From Patescibacteria group bacterium (GTDB lineage: Bacteria; Patescibacteriota; UBA1384; XYA2-FULL-43-10; 1-14-0-10-43-13), in NCBI GenBank assembly GCA_041674765.1, contig JBAYVE010000003.1, positions 2,040-66,039 of the forward strand: a DNA stretch of 64,000 nucleotides. The letters run 5' to 3'. The position numbers and the translations under genes are program-made. Under the pieces are notes generated by a model. That model saw only the letters and a list, made by a program, of their open reading frames with translations. It searched no databases and was not told the origin of the DNA. Every line of letters begins with the position of its first letter. Position 1 is the first letter of the stretch. Shown here in pieces: positions 46,810 through 55,617 of this stretch.

Positions 46810-49800
46810 ATGGCAAAAGAATATGATTTTAAGACAATCGAAAGAAAGTGGCAAGATTATTGGGATAAAATTAGTTACGGCAAGTCCGAGGATTTTTCTG
46901 ATAAGCCCAAGAGCTATCAGCTAGTTGAATTCCCCTACCCTTCAGGCTATGGTCTCCATGTCGGTCATTGCATGGGTTATGGCGCTTCGGATATATATTC
47001 CAGAATGCTTCGGATGCAGGGATTCAACGTGATGTATCCGATGGGTTGGGACGCTTTTGGCTTGCCTACGGAGAATTTTGCAATCAAAACCAAGCAGAAA
47101 CCTCAGATAATTACCGAGCAGGCCGTTAAGACTTTTAAAACGCAGATGAAATCTCTTGGTTATTCATTTGATTGGGACAGAGAAATCAATACGACTGATC
47201 CTGACTATTATAAATGGACTCAATGGGTATTTTTGCAATTTTATAAACACTCATACCAAAATGGTAGATTAGTACCCGTCGCTGACGATGACAGGACAAC
47301 ACCCAGACTTGCTTTCCAGGCAGAAATGCCGGTCAATTGGTGTCCTTCTTGTAAAATTGTTTTAGCAAACGAGGAAGTCGTTGCCGGCGCTTGTGAGAGA
47401 TGCAAAACCGAGGTGTCTAAGAAATCTCAGAAGCAGTGGATGCTTCGAATTACCGCCTATGCCGATAGATTGATCAAGGATTTGGATACTGTTGATTATT
47501 TGGACAAAATTAAGACTCAGCAGATCAATTGGATTGGTAGAAGTGAAGGCACGGAAATAGAATTCAAGATTCAAAAAAATAAGGAATTCAATTCCGAAAT
47601 TACATACACCCCACCTAGCCTCCCCTCTAAAAGGGGAGGAAATGAGTTCGAGGATGACACTATTTTATTCAATGGCAAGAAGAAGGTTATCAAGGTTTTT
47701 ACGACTCGAGCAGATACACTTTTTGGTTGTACTTATGTTGTTTTATCGCCAGAATGCACTTTGTTGCAGGAACTGAAACCTCAAATAACAAATTGGGATG
47801 AGATCGTCGCCTATGTTGAAAATGCTGCAAAGAAATCTGACTTAGAACGGATGGAATTGGAAAAAGATAAAACCGGTGTAGAATTGGCTGGAATTAAGGC
47901 AGTAAATCCAATTAATGGCGAAGAAGTACCTGTTTTTGTGGCGGATTATGTCTTAGCGAGCTATGGAACGGGTGCTGTGATGGCTGTGCCGGCTCATGAT
48001 GACCGGGATTTTGAATTTGCTAAGAAGTATCATTTACCAATAAAGCAAGTCGTAATTCCGGTTTTTGGTGAAAAACATGAAAATGAAGAAACAAGAAATA
48101 CAATTACTGCTGTTGTTAAGAGGAAAAGTGATGGTAAATTTTTGTTAATATCTTGGAAAGGTTTCGGTTGGTATTCAACTGTGGTTGGTGGTATCGAGCT
48201 GGACGAAACACCAGAAGAAGCCGCTGAGCGGGAGGTTTTAGAGGAAACTGGTTACAAAGTCAATGCGATCGAAAAGATTGGTGGAATTACTGAAGCTCAT
48301 TTCTATCATGATGGCAAAAAAATCTGGCGAAAGCGTTTTGACCAACCAGTCTTTTGCGAACTGATTGATGAGAAACTTATTCAGAAGGCAGAAATTGATA
48401 AGCATGCCCCTCTTTGGCTTGACGGGAAAGAGGCATTAGAGAAAATAACTCATTATGATAATAAGATTGGACTGGCCAGATACTTGAACGGTAATTATTC
48501 AAACACAGACTATGGTATTCTAATAAATTCCGATGGTTACGATGGTTTAAGCTCAGCAGATGCCAAGAGAAAAATCACCGAAAAGCTGAAAGAAATTGGC
48601 GCTGGCGATTTTACTATCAATTTCAAGTTGCGTGACTGGATTTTCTCCCGCCAGCATTATTGGGGTGAACCGATTCCGATCGTTCACTGTGATCCGCAAG
48701 CTGGCGGATGCGGAGTTGTGCCTTTGGGTGAGAAGGATTTACCGTTGACCCTACCGGATGTTGAAAACTATGAGCCGACAGAAACCGGCGAATCCCCTCT
48801 TGCAAAGATTACTGATTGGGTCGAAACAACCTGTCCGAAATGTGGCGGGAAAGCTATGCGCGAGACAGATACAATGCCAAACTGGGCTGGCTCATCTTGG
48901 TACTTCATCGCTTATGCTCTAAATCAAAACTTAAAACTCAAAAGTCAAAAAGAAGGAAATCTATTTGATGATAATAGCAAAGAAGTCGATTATTGGATGC
49001 CGGTAGACTTATATAATGGCGGAATGGAACATACAACCCTTCATCTGCTATATTCCCGTTTCTGGCATAAATTTCTGTACGATTTGGGGAAAGTGCCCGG
49101 AGCAGAGCCTTATTCTAAGCGTATTGCTCACGGCATAATTTTGGGACCCGATGGCAGGAAGATGAGCAAATCTTTTGGCAATGTGATCAATCCAGATGAT
49201 ATCGTTAAACAATTTGGTGCGGATACTTTGAGAGCTTATATTGCTTTTATTGGTCCGTACGATCAGGAATCGGCCTGGAGTACCGCTGGTGTTCAGGGAG
49301 TATTTCGCTGGCTGAAACGGCTTTGGAATAATATTGATAAAGTTGACGACTTCAAAGATGAAGATCAGCTGCTAGTTAAGCTAAATCAAACTATCGTCGG
49401 CGTGACCGATGATATCAGAGAGTTTCGTCTAAATACAGTAATTTCCAAGCTGATGGAGATGAATAATATGATCGAAAAAACAGGTAAAATTTCTCGTGAT
49501 TTATACAATAAATATTTGAGGTTGCTTTACCCGGCCGTGCCTCACATCGCCTCAGAATTGTGGGAGATAGCTCAATTTGAGGGAAAAATTGAAGAACAAG
49601 AATGGCCAGAGGCAGATACTAAATATTTGATCTCGGAAACTATTGAAATCGTTGTTCAAATCAATGGTAAGGTGCGGGATAAATTAACCGTTTCTTCAGA
49701 AATTACCGAAGAGGAAATGAAAAAAGAAGCATTGAATTTGGAAAAAGTTCAACAGTTTGTGCAAGGCAAAGAGATTGTAAAAACAATAGTAGTGCCAAAG

Positions 49801-49827
49801 AAGCTTGTTAGTATCGTAATCAAATAG
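46810..49827 (+). CDS. leuS: leucyl-tRNA synthetase with two insertions (about 30 aa near residue 265; about 150-aa Nudix-box domain after the editing domain)
   Basis: HIGH as HVGHCMGY, KMSKS present, TTRADTLFG editing domain, AVPAHDDRDFEFAKKY, FKLRDWIFSRQHYWGEPIP. 1005 aa against roughly 860 aa typical. Confidence 0.95.
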   Translation: MAKEYDFKTIERKWQDYWDKISYGKSEDFSDKPKSYQLVEFPYPSGYGLHVGHCMGYGASDIYSRMLRMQGFNVMYPMGWDAFGLPTENFAIKTKQKPQIITEQAVKTFKTQMKSLGYSFDWDREINTTDPDYYKWTQWVFLQFYKHSYQNGRLVPVADDDRTTPRLAFQAEMPVNWCPSCKIVLANEEVVAGACERCKTEVSKKSQKQWMLRITAYADRLIKDLDTVDYLDKIKTQQINWIGRSEGTEIEFKIQKNKEFNSEITYTPPSLPSKRGGNEFEDDTILFNGKKKVIKVFTTRADTLFGCTYVVLSPECTLLQELKPQITNWDEIVAYVENAAKKSDLERMELEKDKTGVELAGIKAVNPINGEEVPVFVADYVLASYGTGAVMAVPAHDDRDFEFAKKYHLPIKQVVIPVFGEKHENEETRNTITAVVKRKSDGKFLLISWKGFGWYSTVVGGIELDETPEEAAEREVLEETGYKVNAIEKIGGITEAHFYHDGKKIWRKRFDQPVFCELIDEKLIQKAEIDKHAPLWLDGKEALEKITHYDNKIGLARYLNGNYSNTDYGILINSDGYDGLSSADAKRKITEKLKEIGAGDFTINFKLRDWIFSRQHYWGEPIPIVHCDPQAGGCGVVPLGEKDLPLTLPDVENYEPTETGESPLAKITDWVETTCPKCGGKAMRETDTMPNWAGSSWYFIAYALNQNLKLKSQKEGNLFDDNSKEVDYWMPVDLYNGGMEHTTLHLLYSRFWHKFLYDLGKVPGAEPYSKRIAHGIILGPDGRKMSKSFGNVINPDDIVKQFGADTLRAYIAFIGPYDQESAWSTAGVQGVFRWLKRLWNNIDKVDDFKDEDQLLVKLNQTIVGVTDDIREFRLNTVISKLMEMNNMIEKTGKISRDLYNKYLRLLYPAVPHIASELWEIAQFEGKIEEQEWPEADTKYLISETIEIVVQINGKVRDKLTVSSEITEEEMKKEALNLEKVQQFVQGKEIVKTIVVPKKLVSIVIK
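47619..47639 (+). repeat. perfect GC-rich hairpin CCTCCCCT-ctaaa-AGGGGAGG inside leuS coding sequence (encodes PPSLPSKRGGNE within an insertion)
   Basis: Read directly. Sits in an approximately 30-codon stretch with no counterpart in the E. coli LeuRS alignment as recalled. Confidence 0.5.
48060..48460 (+). other. Nudix-hydrolase-like domain inserted in LeuRS between the CP1/editing domain and the catalytic core
   Basis: Perfect Nudix box GGIELDETPEEAAEREVLEETGY (Gx5Ex7REUxEExGU). Flanked by KYHLPIKQVV (end of editing domain) and GILINSDGYDGL (resumption of canonical LeuRS). Confidence 0.7.
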
Positions 49828-50089
49828 TCGGATAGCCTTGCCGTGATTCGGACACCCTTTAATTATCTTGTCTTATTGTTCGAACCTGTCGAGAACTCTG
49901 TCATAAGTAGTACTACAACAAACTTCTCGACTCCAAGAACATCGCTCGAAGAATAACGGTACTGTCTAGGTTTTCGAAAAGCACGGATAAACTTGGAGTT
50001 GATATTTTGTGCTAAATGTGCAATAATAAGCCTACCGAAAAATTTTTGATTAATTTGTCAAAATAACTAATAACCAATCTAGGAATACA

Positions 50090-50275
50090 ATGGCCGAACC
50101 AAAGAAACGAACGAATAACTCAAAGCAGGGTATGCGGAGAATGCACGACAAAATCGCTAAACCAAGCCTCACTTTTTGCGAGAAATGTCATGAACCGAAG
50201 TTACCTCATGTGGTCTGTTATAACTGCGGAACTTACGCAAAAAAACAGGTCTTGAGTGTCGACTCCAGCAAATAG
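50090..50275 (+). CDS. rpmF: 50S ribosomal protein L32
   Basis: MAEPKKRTNNSKQGMRRMHDKIAKPSLTFCEKCHEPKLPHVVCYNCGTY, a typical bL32 with a Cys4 knuckle. Confidence 0.85.
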   Translation: MAEPKKRTNNSKQGMRRMHDKIAKPSLTFCEKCHEPKLPHVVCYNCGTYAKKQVLSVDSSK

Positions 50276-50303
50276 TATATAACTTTATCACAAAGCGAGG
50301 AAT

Positions 50304-50723
50304 ATGAACCGGCATCTTTCAAGAATGATTGCAATGCAAACTCTCTATGAATGGCAATTTCGTGATGGCTCTGATCTGTCGGAGATTGAAGAGAGAAATT
50401 CGGGCGAGTATGAGGAGAAATGTGAGCGTGAGTTTATTCACGAGGTTGTCAGTGGTGTGTCGAAGGATCTACCCGAGCTTATAAAGATTCTTGATGAATC
50501 AGCGCCCGAGTGGCCAGTCGATCAAATTTCCCTTATCGACAAAACGATCCTGTATATTTCTATCTACGAGCTTTTAAAATTGAAGGATGTGCCGCCAAAG
50601 GTCTCAATCAACGAAGCGGTTGAACTATCAAAGCAATTTGGAGGCGAGAATTCGTCCAAGTTTGTAAACGGAGTCCTTGGGACTGTCTTTAAAAAGTATG
50701 AGAAGGAGATTGAAAATAAATGA
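50304..50723 (+). CDS. nusB: transcription antitermination factor NusB
   Basis: [14 protein letters not shown]-terminal signature. About 139 aa. Confidence 0.8.
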   Translation: MNRHLSRMIAMQTLYEWQFRDGSDLSEIEERNSGEYEEKCEREFIHEVVSGVSKDLPELIKILDESAPEWPVDQISLIDKTILYISIYELLKLKDVPPKVSINEAVELSKQFGGENSSKFVNGVLGTVFKKYEKEIENK

Positions 50724-51442
50724 ATAATGAATGGAAAACTCAGGATCTATCTGAGTTTGAAAAAATAATTGGGGTACAATTTAAGGATAAATCACTTCTA
50801 GAGACAGTATTTATTCACAGATCGTATCTCAACGAACACAAGTCCTTGGGACTTGAGCAGAATGAAAGACTCGAATTTTTGGGCGATGCAGTTTTAGAGC
50901 TTGCAGCGACTAGATTTCTGTATGAAAATTATGACCGTCCGGAAGGTGAATTGACGAACTGGAGAAGCGCACTTGTCAAAGGCGAATCTCTCTCCGAAGA
51001 AGCTAAGAGGATCGGAATGGATCCCTATATTAAAACTTCTCGTGGTGAGTCGAAAAATATCGGTAAAGCCAGAGATATTATACTCGCGAATGCTTTCGAA
51101 GCTCTGATCGGAGCTATCTATCTTGACCGAGGAATGGATATCGCGTCAGAATTTGTCCTTAAGAATATATGTTATAAGCTGGAAGATATTTTAGAAGCTG
51201 GCGCTTATCAAGATGCTAAAAGCAAATTCCAGGAGAATTCTCAGGAACAATTCGGTATTACACCGACATATCAGGTTCTAAAAGAAGAAGGTCCTGATCA
51301 CTCAAAAATATTTACTGTTGGCGCATATCTAAATCAAAAAAAGGTTAGTGAAGGCTCAGGTCCTTCAAAACAAAGAGCTCAGATTGATGCCGCAGCGAAT
51401 GCAATTGATCATTGGGGCGAGATCGAAGACCAGATAAGATAG
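50720..51442 (+). CDS. rnc: ribonuclease III
   Basis: [20 protein letters not shown] RNase III signature. C-terminal dsRBD. Confidence 0.9.
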   Translation: MNNEWKTQDLSEFEKIIGVQFKDKSLLETVFIHRSYLNEHKSLGLEQNERLEFLGDAVLELAATRFLYENYDRPEGELTNWRSALVKGESLSEEAKRIGMDPYIKTSRGESKNIGKARDIILANAFEALIGAIYLDRGMDIASEFVLKNICYKLEDILEAGAYQDAKSKFQENSQEQFGITPTYQVLKEEGPDHSKIFTVGAYLNQKKVSEGSGPSKQRAQIDAAANAIDHWGEIEDQIR

Positions 51443-51555
51443 TCTGATGGTCTGATGGTCTATTGGTCCAAGAGTCAGACGGTCATATAGTGGGAAAGTC
51501 TAATAGTCTTGATGAGAAAAATAGTTTTGACATCAATATAGATTGAGGTGATAAA
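51443..51555. repeat. low-complexity degenerate repeat block (GTCTGATGGTC-type units) upstream of the four-helix-bundle gene
   Basis: AGTCTGATGGTCTGATGGTCTATTGGTCC...GTCAGACGGTCATATAGTG...AGTCTAATAGTCT. Shares the 12-mer GTCTAATAGTCT (51498-51509) with the downstream flank (51970-51981). Confidence 0.5.
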
Positions 51556-51912
51556 TTGACCATAAGTAATTTCGAAGAACTTAAGGTTTGGCAAGAATCT
51601 ATTGATTTAGCATCATTTTGTTATAGAACGCTTAAAGATTGCAGAGATTATAGTTTCAAGGATCAGCTTTGTCGTGCAGTTGTGTCTATCTCGAATAACA
51701 TAGCTGAAGGTTTTGCAAGACAAGGAGATAAAGAATTTAAGCAATTCCTTTATATTGCAAAAGGATCATGCGCCGAAGTGAGGTCTATGTCTTTCCTGGC
51801 AAAAGACTTAGGGTATATATCAGTAGAGCAATATGACATTATCCAAGAGAAAACTTTATTAATAACTAAAATGCTCTCAAAGCTGATTACTTACCTAAGA
51901 AATTCCAAATAA
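51556..51912 (+). CDS. four-helix-bundle protein of the 23S rRNA intervening-sequence protein family (PF05635-like)
   Basis: TTG start with GAGGTGA RBS. FEELKVWQESIDLASFCYRTLKDCRDYSFKDQLCRAVVSISNNIAEGFARQGDKEFKQFLYIAKGSCAEVRS matches the family pattern (VWQ...QL.RA..SI..NIAEG..R....E..RF...A.GS..E). Confidence 0.75.
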   Translation: MTISNFEELKVWQESIDLASFCYRTLKDCRDYSFKDQLCRAVVSISNNIAEGFARQGDKEFKQFLYIAKGSCAEVRSMSFLAKDLGYISVEQYDIIQEKTLLITKMLSKLITYLRNSK

Positions 51913-52033
51913 CTCAACTCGCAATAACCTGTCCAACAGTCCAGTGGTCAATTTGTCTACAGTCCATTGGTCTAATAGTCTAACTGACTAACAGACCATG
52001 CGACTGTCCTGACTATCAGACTATCCGACTATT
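51913..52033. repeat. second degenerate repeat block of GTC/ATGGTC-type units downstream of the four-helix-bundle gene, with imperfect palindromes
   Basis: CAGTCCAGTGGTCAATTTGTCTACAGTCCATTGGTCTAATAGTCTAACTGACTAACAGACCATGCGACTGTCCTGACTATCAGACTATCCGACTAT. Confidence 0.5.
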
Positions 52034-52993
52034 TTATCTTGGCCAAATTATATTCTGCCAACCCCAATCAAGCAGCTTTCTGGACTCCTCGGCAGAGGCC
52101 GAAGGAGTGTCGGCATTTGTCTTTAATACTATCGAAATAAGAGTATGGCCATTTCTGGTGGCCGCACCGACTAGACAGTGACCGGCCTCGGGCATATAGC
52201 CAGTTTTGACGCCAATTGCGCCAGAATAATCCCACTCATTTACCAACCGATTTGAATTGTTGAGTTCATGCCAGATTTTGCCCGTAATATCCCTAACTGA
52301 GGTTTGCTTTATTTGAACTATTTCAGCGAAAATGGGCTTTTTTAGCGCATATTTTGTAATCAGATAAAGGTCGAAGGCCGATGAGTATCCGGTTACATCT
52401 AGTCCTGCCGGATCATGATATTCCGTGTCATTCATCCCAAGCTCTTTGGCCTTGGCGTTCATTTTTGAATTAAACTTTGCGATACCGGTTTCGCCAGGCT
52501 TATTCATATATTCAGCCAAAGCAATAGCCGCCCCGTTTGCAGATTTTATCAGCAGACATTTGAGTAAATCTCCTACAGTCATCTGTTCGCCTATAACAAG
52601 ATTTGCGCTAGCACCGATAGTGCTGGCTGCTTCTTTTGAAATAGTAACAACTTCATCTAAGTCGTAATTTTCTAGTACCACAACAGCCGTCATAATCTTG
52701 GTTGTAGAAGCGATTGGCACTCTCTGTTTTGCGGCTTTATTGGCAATAATCGTGCCTGATTCAGAATCTACCAGGATATAATTCTGTGCATAAATCAGAG
52801 GCTTCGCTGCAAATTCCTTGGTTTTCGGCGGTTCTTTGATCTCTGGCAGAGGTAAATTGATTGCTTCCGCCAATGCACTCTCTTGAGAACTGGCTGACTT
52901 TTGAATAATATCCCGGTCTATATTCAAAGAAGCCCCCGAAAATCCGAAGGTATTAAATATAATTGAAAAAATGATTAGTAACTTTTCGGTCAT
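52034..52993 (-). CDS. D-alanyl-D-alanine carboxypeptidase (serine-type, PBP5/6-like, S11)
   Basis: SxxK motif ASTTKIMT. Signal peptide. 319 aa. Confidence 0.8.
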   Translation of the reverse strand: MTEKLLIIFSIIFNTFGFSGASLNIDRDIIQKSASSQESALAEAINLPLPEIKEPPKTKEFAAKPLIYAQNYILVDSESGTIIANKAAKQRVPIASTTKIMTAVVVLENYDLDEVVTISKEAASTIGASANLVIGEQMTVGDLLKCLLIKSANGAAIALAEYMNKPGETGIAKFNSKMNAKAKELGMNDTEYHDPAGLDVTGYSSAFDLYLITKYALKKPIFAEIVQIKQTSVRDITGKIWHELNNSNRLVNEWDYSGAIGVKTGYMPEAGHCLVGAATRNGHTLISIVLKTNADTPSASAEESRKLLDWGWQNIIWPR

Positions 52994-53715
52994 ACTATCC
53001 GTGATTTGGTAATTTCCATATATCCGCCATGCTTTAAATTCAAGTCGGCCAATTTCAGTTTACCAATCCTCGTACGTGTTAACTTAATTACGTTTAAACC
53101 AATTTTATCACACATCCGTCTGATCTGTCGATTATAGCCAGTGTGGAGAACCAAGCTGAAAGCAGAAAGCGGAAAGCTTAAGGCAGGGCTTTTGATTGAT
53201 CTAGCGACGTCGGCAATCATCAAATGACCATCAATCATAAAGCCGTTCTCGAACATCTTTGTAATTTCTTCGGGGCTTTTAGCTTTTTGCTTTGTGCTTT
53301 TAACTATAATTTCATACTCCTTTTCGTGCTCGAAGCTAGGATGAGTCAGATGGTTTGTTAGATCTCCGTCATTTGTCAAAATTATCAAACCTTCTGAGTC
53401 CGCATCGAGCCGGCCGACGGGATAAACTCTTGGTTCTTTCGGCACAAAGTCAAGCACCGTTTGCCTGCCGAGCTCGTCCTTGGCAGTAGAAACAACGCCT
53501 TTTGGCTTGTATAGAGCATAATACGTATATGCTGTCTGCAATTTGATAATCTTGCCTTTATATTCGACAATATCATGGTCTGGCTCTATTTTAGTCCCCA
53601 TCTCTGTTACCGGATTGCCATTGACTGTAATTTCGCCAGCCAAAATATGCTCGTCGGCTTCTCGACGAGAGAACAAACCTGCATCCGCTAAAAATTTATT
53701 CAAACGAATTAGCAT
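52990..53715 (-). CDS. pseudouridine synthase, RsuA/RluB family (S4 domain plus catalytic domain)
   Basis: N-terminal S4 RLNKFLADAGLFSRREADEHI. Catalytic GRLDADSEGLIILTNDG. Confidence 0.85.
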   Translation of the reverse strand: MLIRLNKFLADAGLFSRREADEHILAGEITVNGNPVTEMGTKIEPDHDIVEYKGKIIKLQTAYTYYALYKPKGVVSTAKDELGRQTVLDFVPKEPRVYPVGRLDADSEGLIILTNDGDLTNHLTHPSFEHEKEYEIIVKSTKQKAKSPEEITKMFENGFMIDGHLMIADVARSIKSPALSFPLSAFSLVLHTGYNRQIRRMCDKIGLNVIKLTRTRIGKLKLADLNLKHGGYMEITKSRIV

Positions 53716-53719
53716 AGAA

Positions 53720-54046
53720 TCAACCTATGTATTCAAATTTTATGCCTGAGCTAAGGACATTGGCACCATTTGGTAATTCAATCAGATTATCGTGATCTTC
53801 ACGCGTTCCTTGGATTTTTATCTCGAAGTTGCTTCCTGATTCGCCAAATGCTTTCAGTCCAATCATGGCCGCGTCTGGATTGCTTGAGGTTAGAATATCG
53901 GTCGCATTCAAATTAACAAGAACAGAAGCTTCTTTCTTGAGTTGGCGCTTGAATTCCATCCATTCGATTCCATTCAATTCACCCTTTATATGACGAAGAT
54001 ATTCATCACTAATATCTTTTGGCGATATTGGTACAAATTCCGACAT
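53720..54046 (-). CDS. hypothetical 108-aa protein
   Basis: ORF in a compact same-strand array. No motif recognised. Confidence 0.4.
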   Translation of the reverse strand: MSEFVPISPKDISDEYLRHIKGELNGIEWMEFKRQLKKEASVLVNLNATDILTSSNPDAAMIGLKAFGESGSNFEIKIQGTREDHDNLIELPNGANVLSSGIKFEYIG

Positions 54047-54073
54047 AATTCTCCTTATATTTTCTACAAAATG

Positions 54074-55507
54074 TTAATCTCCGATAACTGTATCGGCACC
54101 TTTGATCTCTTTACCCTCGGCTTCTTTGCGGAGAGAGATATGAACGTCCTTCAGCTGCTGTTCTGAGACTCTGGAAGGGGCACCCATCATCAAGTCTTTG
54201 GCGTCTCCTGTCTTTGGGAACGGGATTACTTCGCGGATTGCATCTTCCTGAGCCAAAATAGCGCATATCCGGTCGACGCCGCCGGCAATACCGCCATGAG
54301 GAGGTGCACCATATTCAAAAGCTTCAAGCATATGGCCGAAGCGGCGCTTCTTTTCTTCTTCTGAAACGCCAAGTAGGTCGAATATTTTGTTCTGAATTTC
54401 CCTCTTATGAATTCGGATAGAACCGCCAAAGATCTCACTGCCGTTTAGTGCTAGGTCGTAAGCATAAGCTCGAACTTTTTCAGGGGCAGTATCTAGCAGA
54501 TGCAAGTCCTCTTTTCGAGGCATTGTAAACGGATGATGGCTTGAAACCAGCTTTTTATCAGTTTTTGAATACTTGAATAGCGGCGCGTCGATAATCCAGC
54601 AGAAAGCGAATTCCTTTTTGTCATTCTTATCCTCGCGAAGATCCGGTTTGTCTGTACCATATTTTTCCATTGCTTCAGCGTAAGTCATTCTGGGAAATGG
54701 CTTCTTGGTGATTTTGCCATCTGGAACCAGCATCTCTGTCATCTCGATCATCATCGGCTCGATCAGCTCCCAAATATCTTCTTGCGACACAAAGCTCATC
54801 TCAATATCAAGTTGGGTGAACTCGGGCTGACGATCCCCTCTTTGATCCTCGTCGCGGAAGCATTTGGGCAACTGAAAATATTTCTCCATTCCGGCGACCA
54901 TATAGAGCTGCTTGAATTGCTGTGGGCTTTGTGGCAACACATAAAATTCACCAGGATAGAGTCTGGAAGGCACTACAAACTCTCTGGCGCCTTCGGGTGT
55001 CGATTTGGTTAGAAACGGCGTCTCAAGCTCCTTGAAGTCTTTCTCCCAGAGATACTTCCTCATAAATTTCATCGCATTATCTCTGAGTTTGATATTTTTC
55101 TGCATTCGCTCGCTTCGAAGATCCAGATAGCGGTATTTCAGTCTTAATTCTTCGTCGATACCGGCAGTGTTTTTGTCTACCTCAAAAGGAGCGGTTTTGG
55201 CTTCGTTTAGGACTTCCATATCGACAGCTTCCATTTCGACGGTGCCGGAAACCATATTCGGGTTAACCATCTTCTCGGGGCGAGCCTTGATGAGGCCGGT
55301 AATCGAGACTACCCATTCAGGACGGACGGCCGCGATCTTCTCGTAAGCTTTAGATCCGGGCACGAACACTATTTGAAGAAGTCCTGTCCGGTCTCTAAGA
55401 TCAATAAAAATAATTTTGCCATGATCTCTTCGTGTATGAACCCAGCCCATGACAGTTATCTCGGTGCCTACTTTTCTGACTGTATCCTCAATAGTTGTAC
55501 GTTTCAT
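54074..55507 (-). CDS. aspS: aspartyl-tRNA synthetase, short archaeal/non-discriminating type (no GAD insertion)
   Basis: OB-fold N-terminus. FRDEDQRGDRQPEFTQLDIEMSF motif 2. GGSIRIH and GAPPHGGIAGGVDR motif 3. 477 aa. Confidence 0.9.
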   Translation of the reverse strand: MKRTTIEDTVRKVGTEITVMGWVHTRRDHGKIIFIDLRDRTGLLQIVFVPGSKAYEKIAAVRPEWVVSITGLIKARPEKMVNPNMVSGTVEMEAVDMEVLNEAKTAPFEVDKNTAGIDEELRLKYRYLDLRSERMQKNIKLRDNAMKFMRKYLWEKDFKELETPFLTKSTPEGAREFVVPSRLYPGEFYVLPQSPQQFKQLYMVAGMEKYFQLPKCFRDEDQRGDRQPEFTQLDIEMSFVSQEDIWELIEPMMIEMTEMLVPDGKITKKPFPRMTYAEAMEKYGTDKPDLREDKNDKKEFAFCWIIDAPLFKYSKTDKKLVSSHHPFTMPRKEDLHLLDTAPEKVRAYAYDLALNGSEIFGGSIRIHKREIQNKIFDLLGVSEEEKKRRFGHMLEAFEYGAPPHGGIAGGVDRICAILAQEDAIREVIPFPKTGDAKDLMMGAPSRVSEQQLKDVHISLRKEAEGKEIKGADTVIGD

Positions 55508-55523
55508 TGTTACCTTTACCTAT

Positions 55524-55556
55524 TAATTTCTAATTTCAAATTTCTAATTTCTAATC
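55524..55556. repeat. tandem 7-mer repeat (TAATTTC x about 4.5) in the pheT-aspS intergenic region, with an inverted copy (GAAATTAG) about 45 nt downstream
   Basis: TAATTTCTAATTTCAAATTTCTAATTTCTAATC. Inverted partner TTAGAAATTAGG at about 55596-55608. Confidence 0.5.
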
Positions 55557-55617
55557 AAATTCTCAAATTTCCATTTTTTAGGTTAATTAGGTCAATTAGA
55601 AATTAGGTTAGTTTTAT

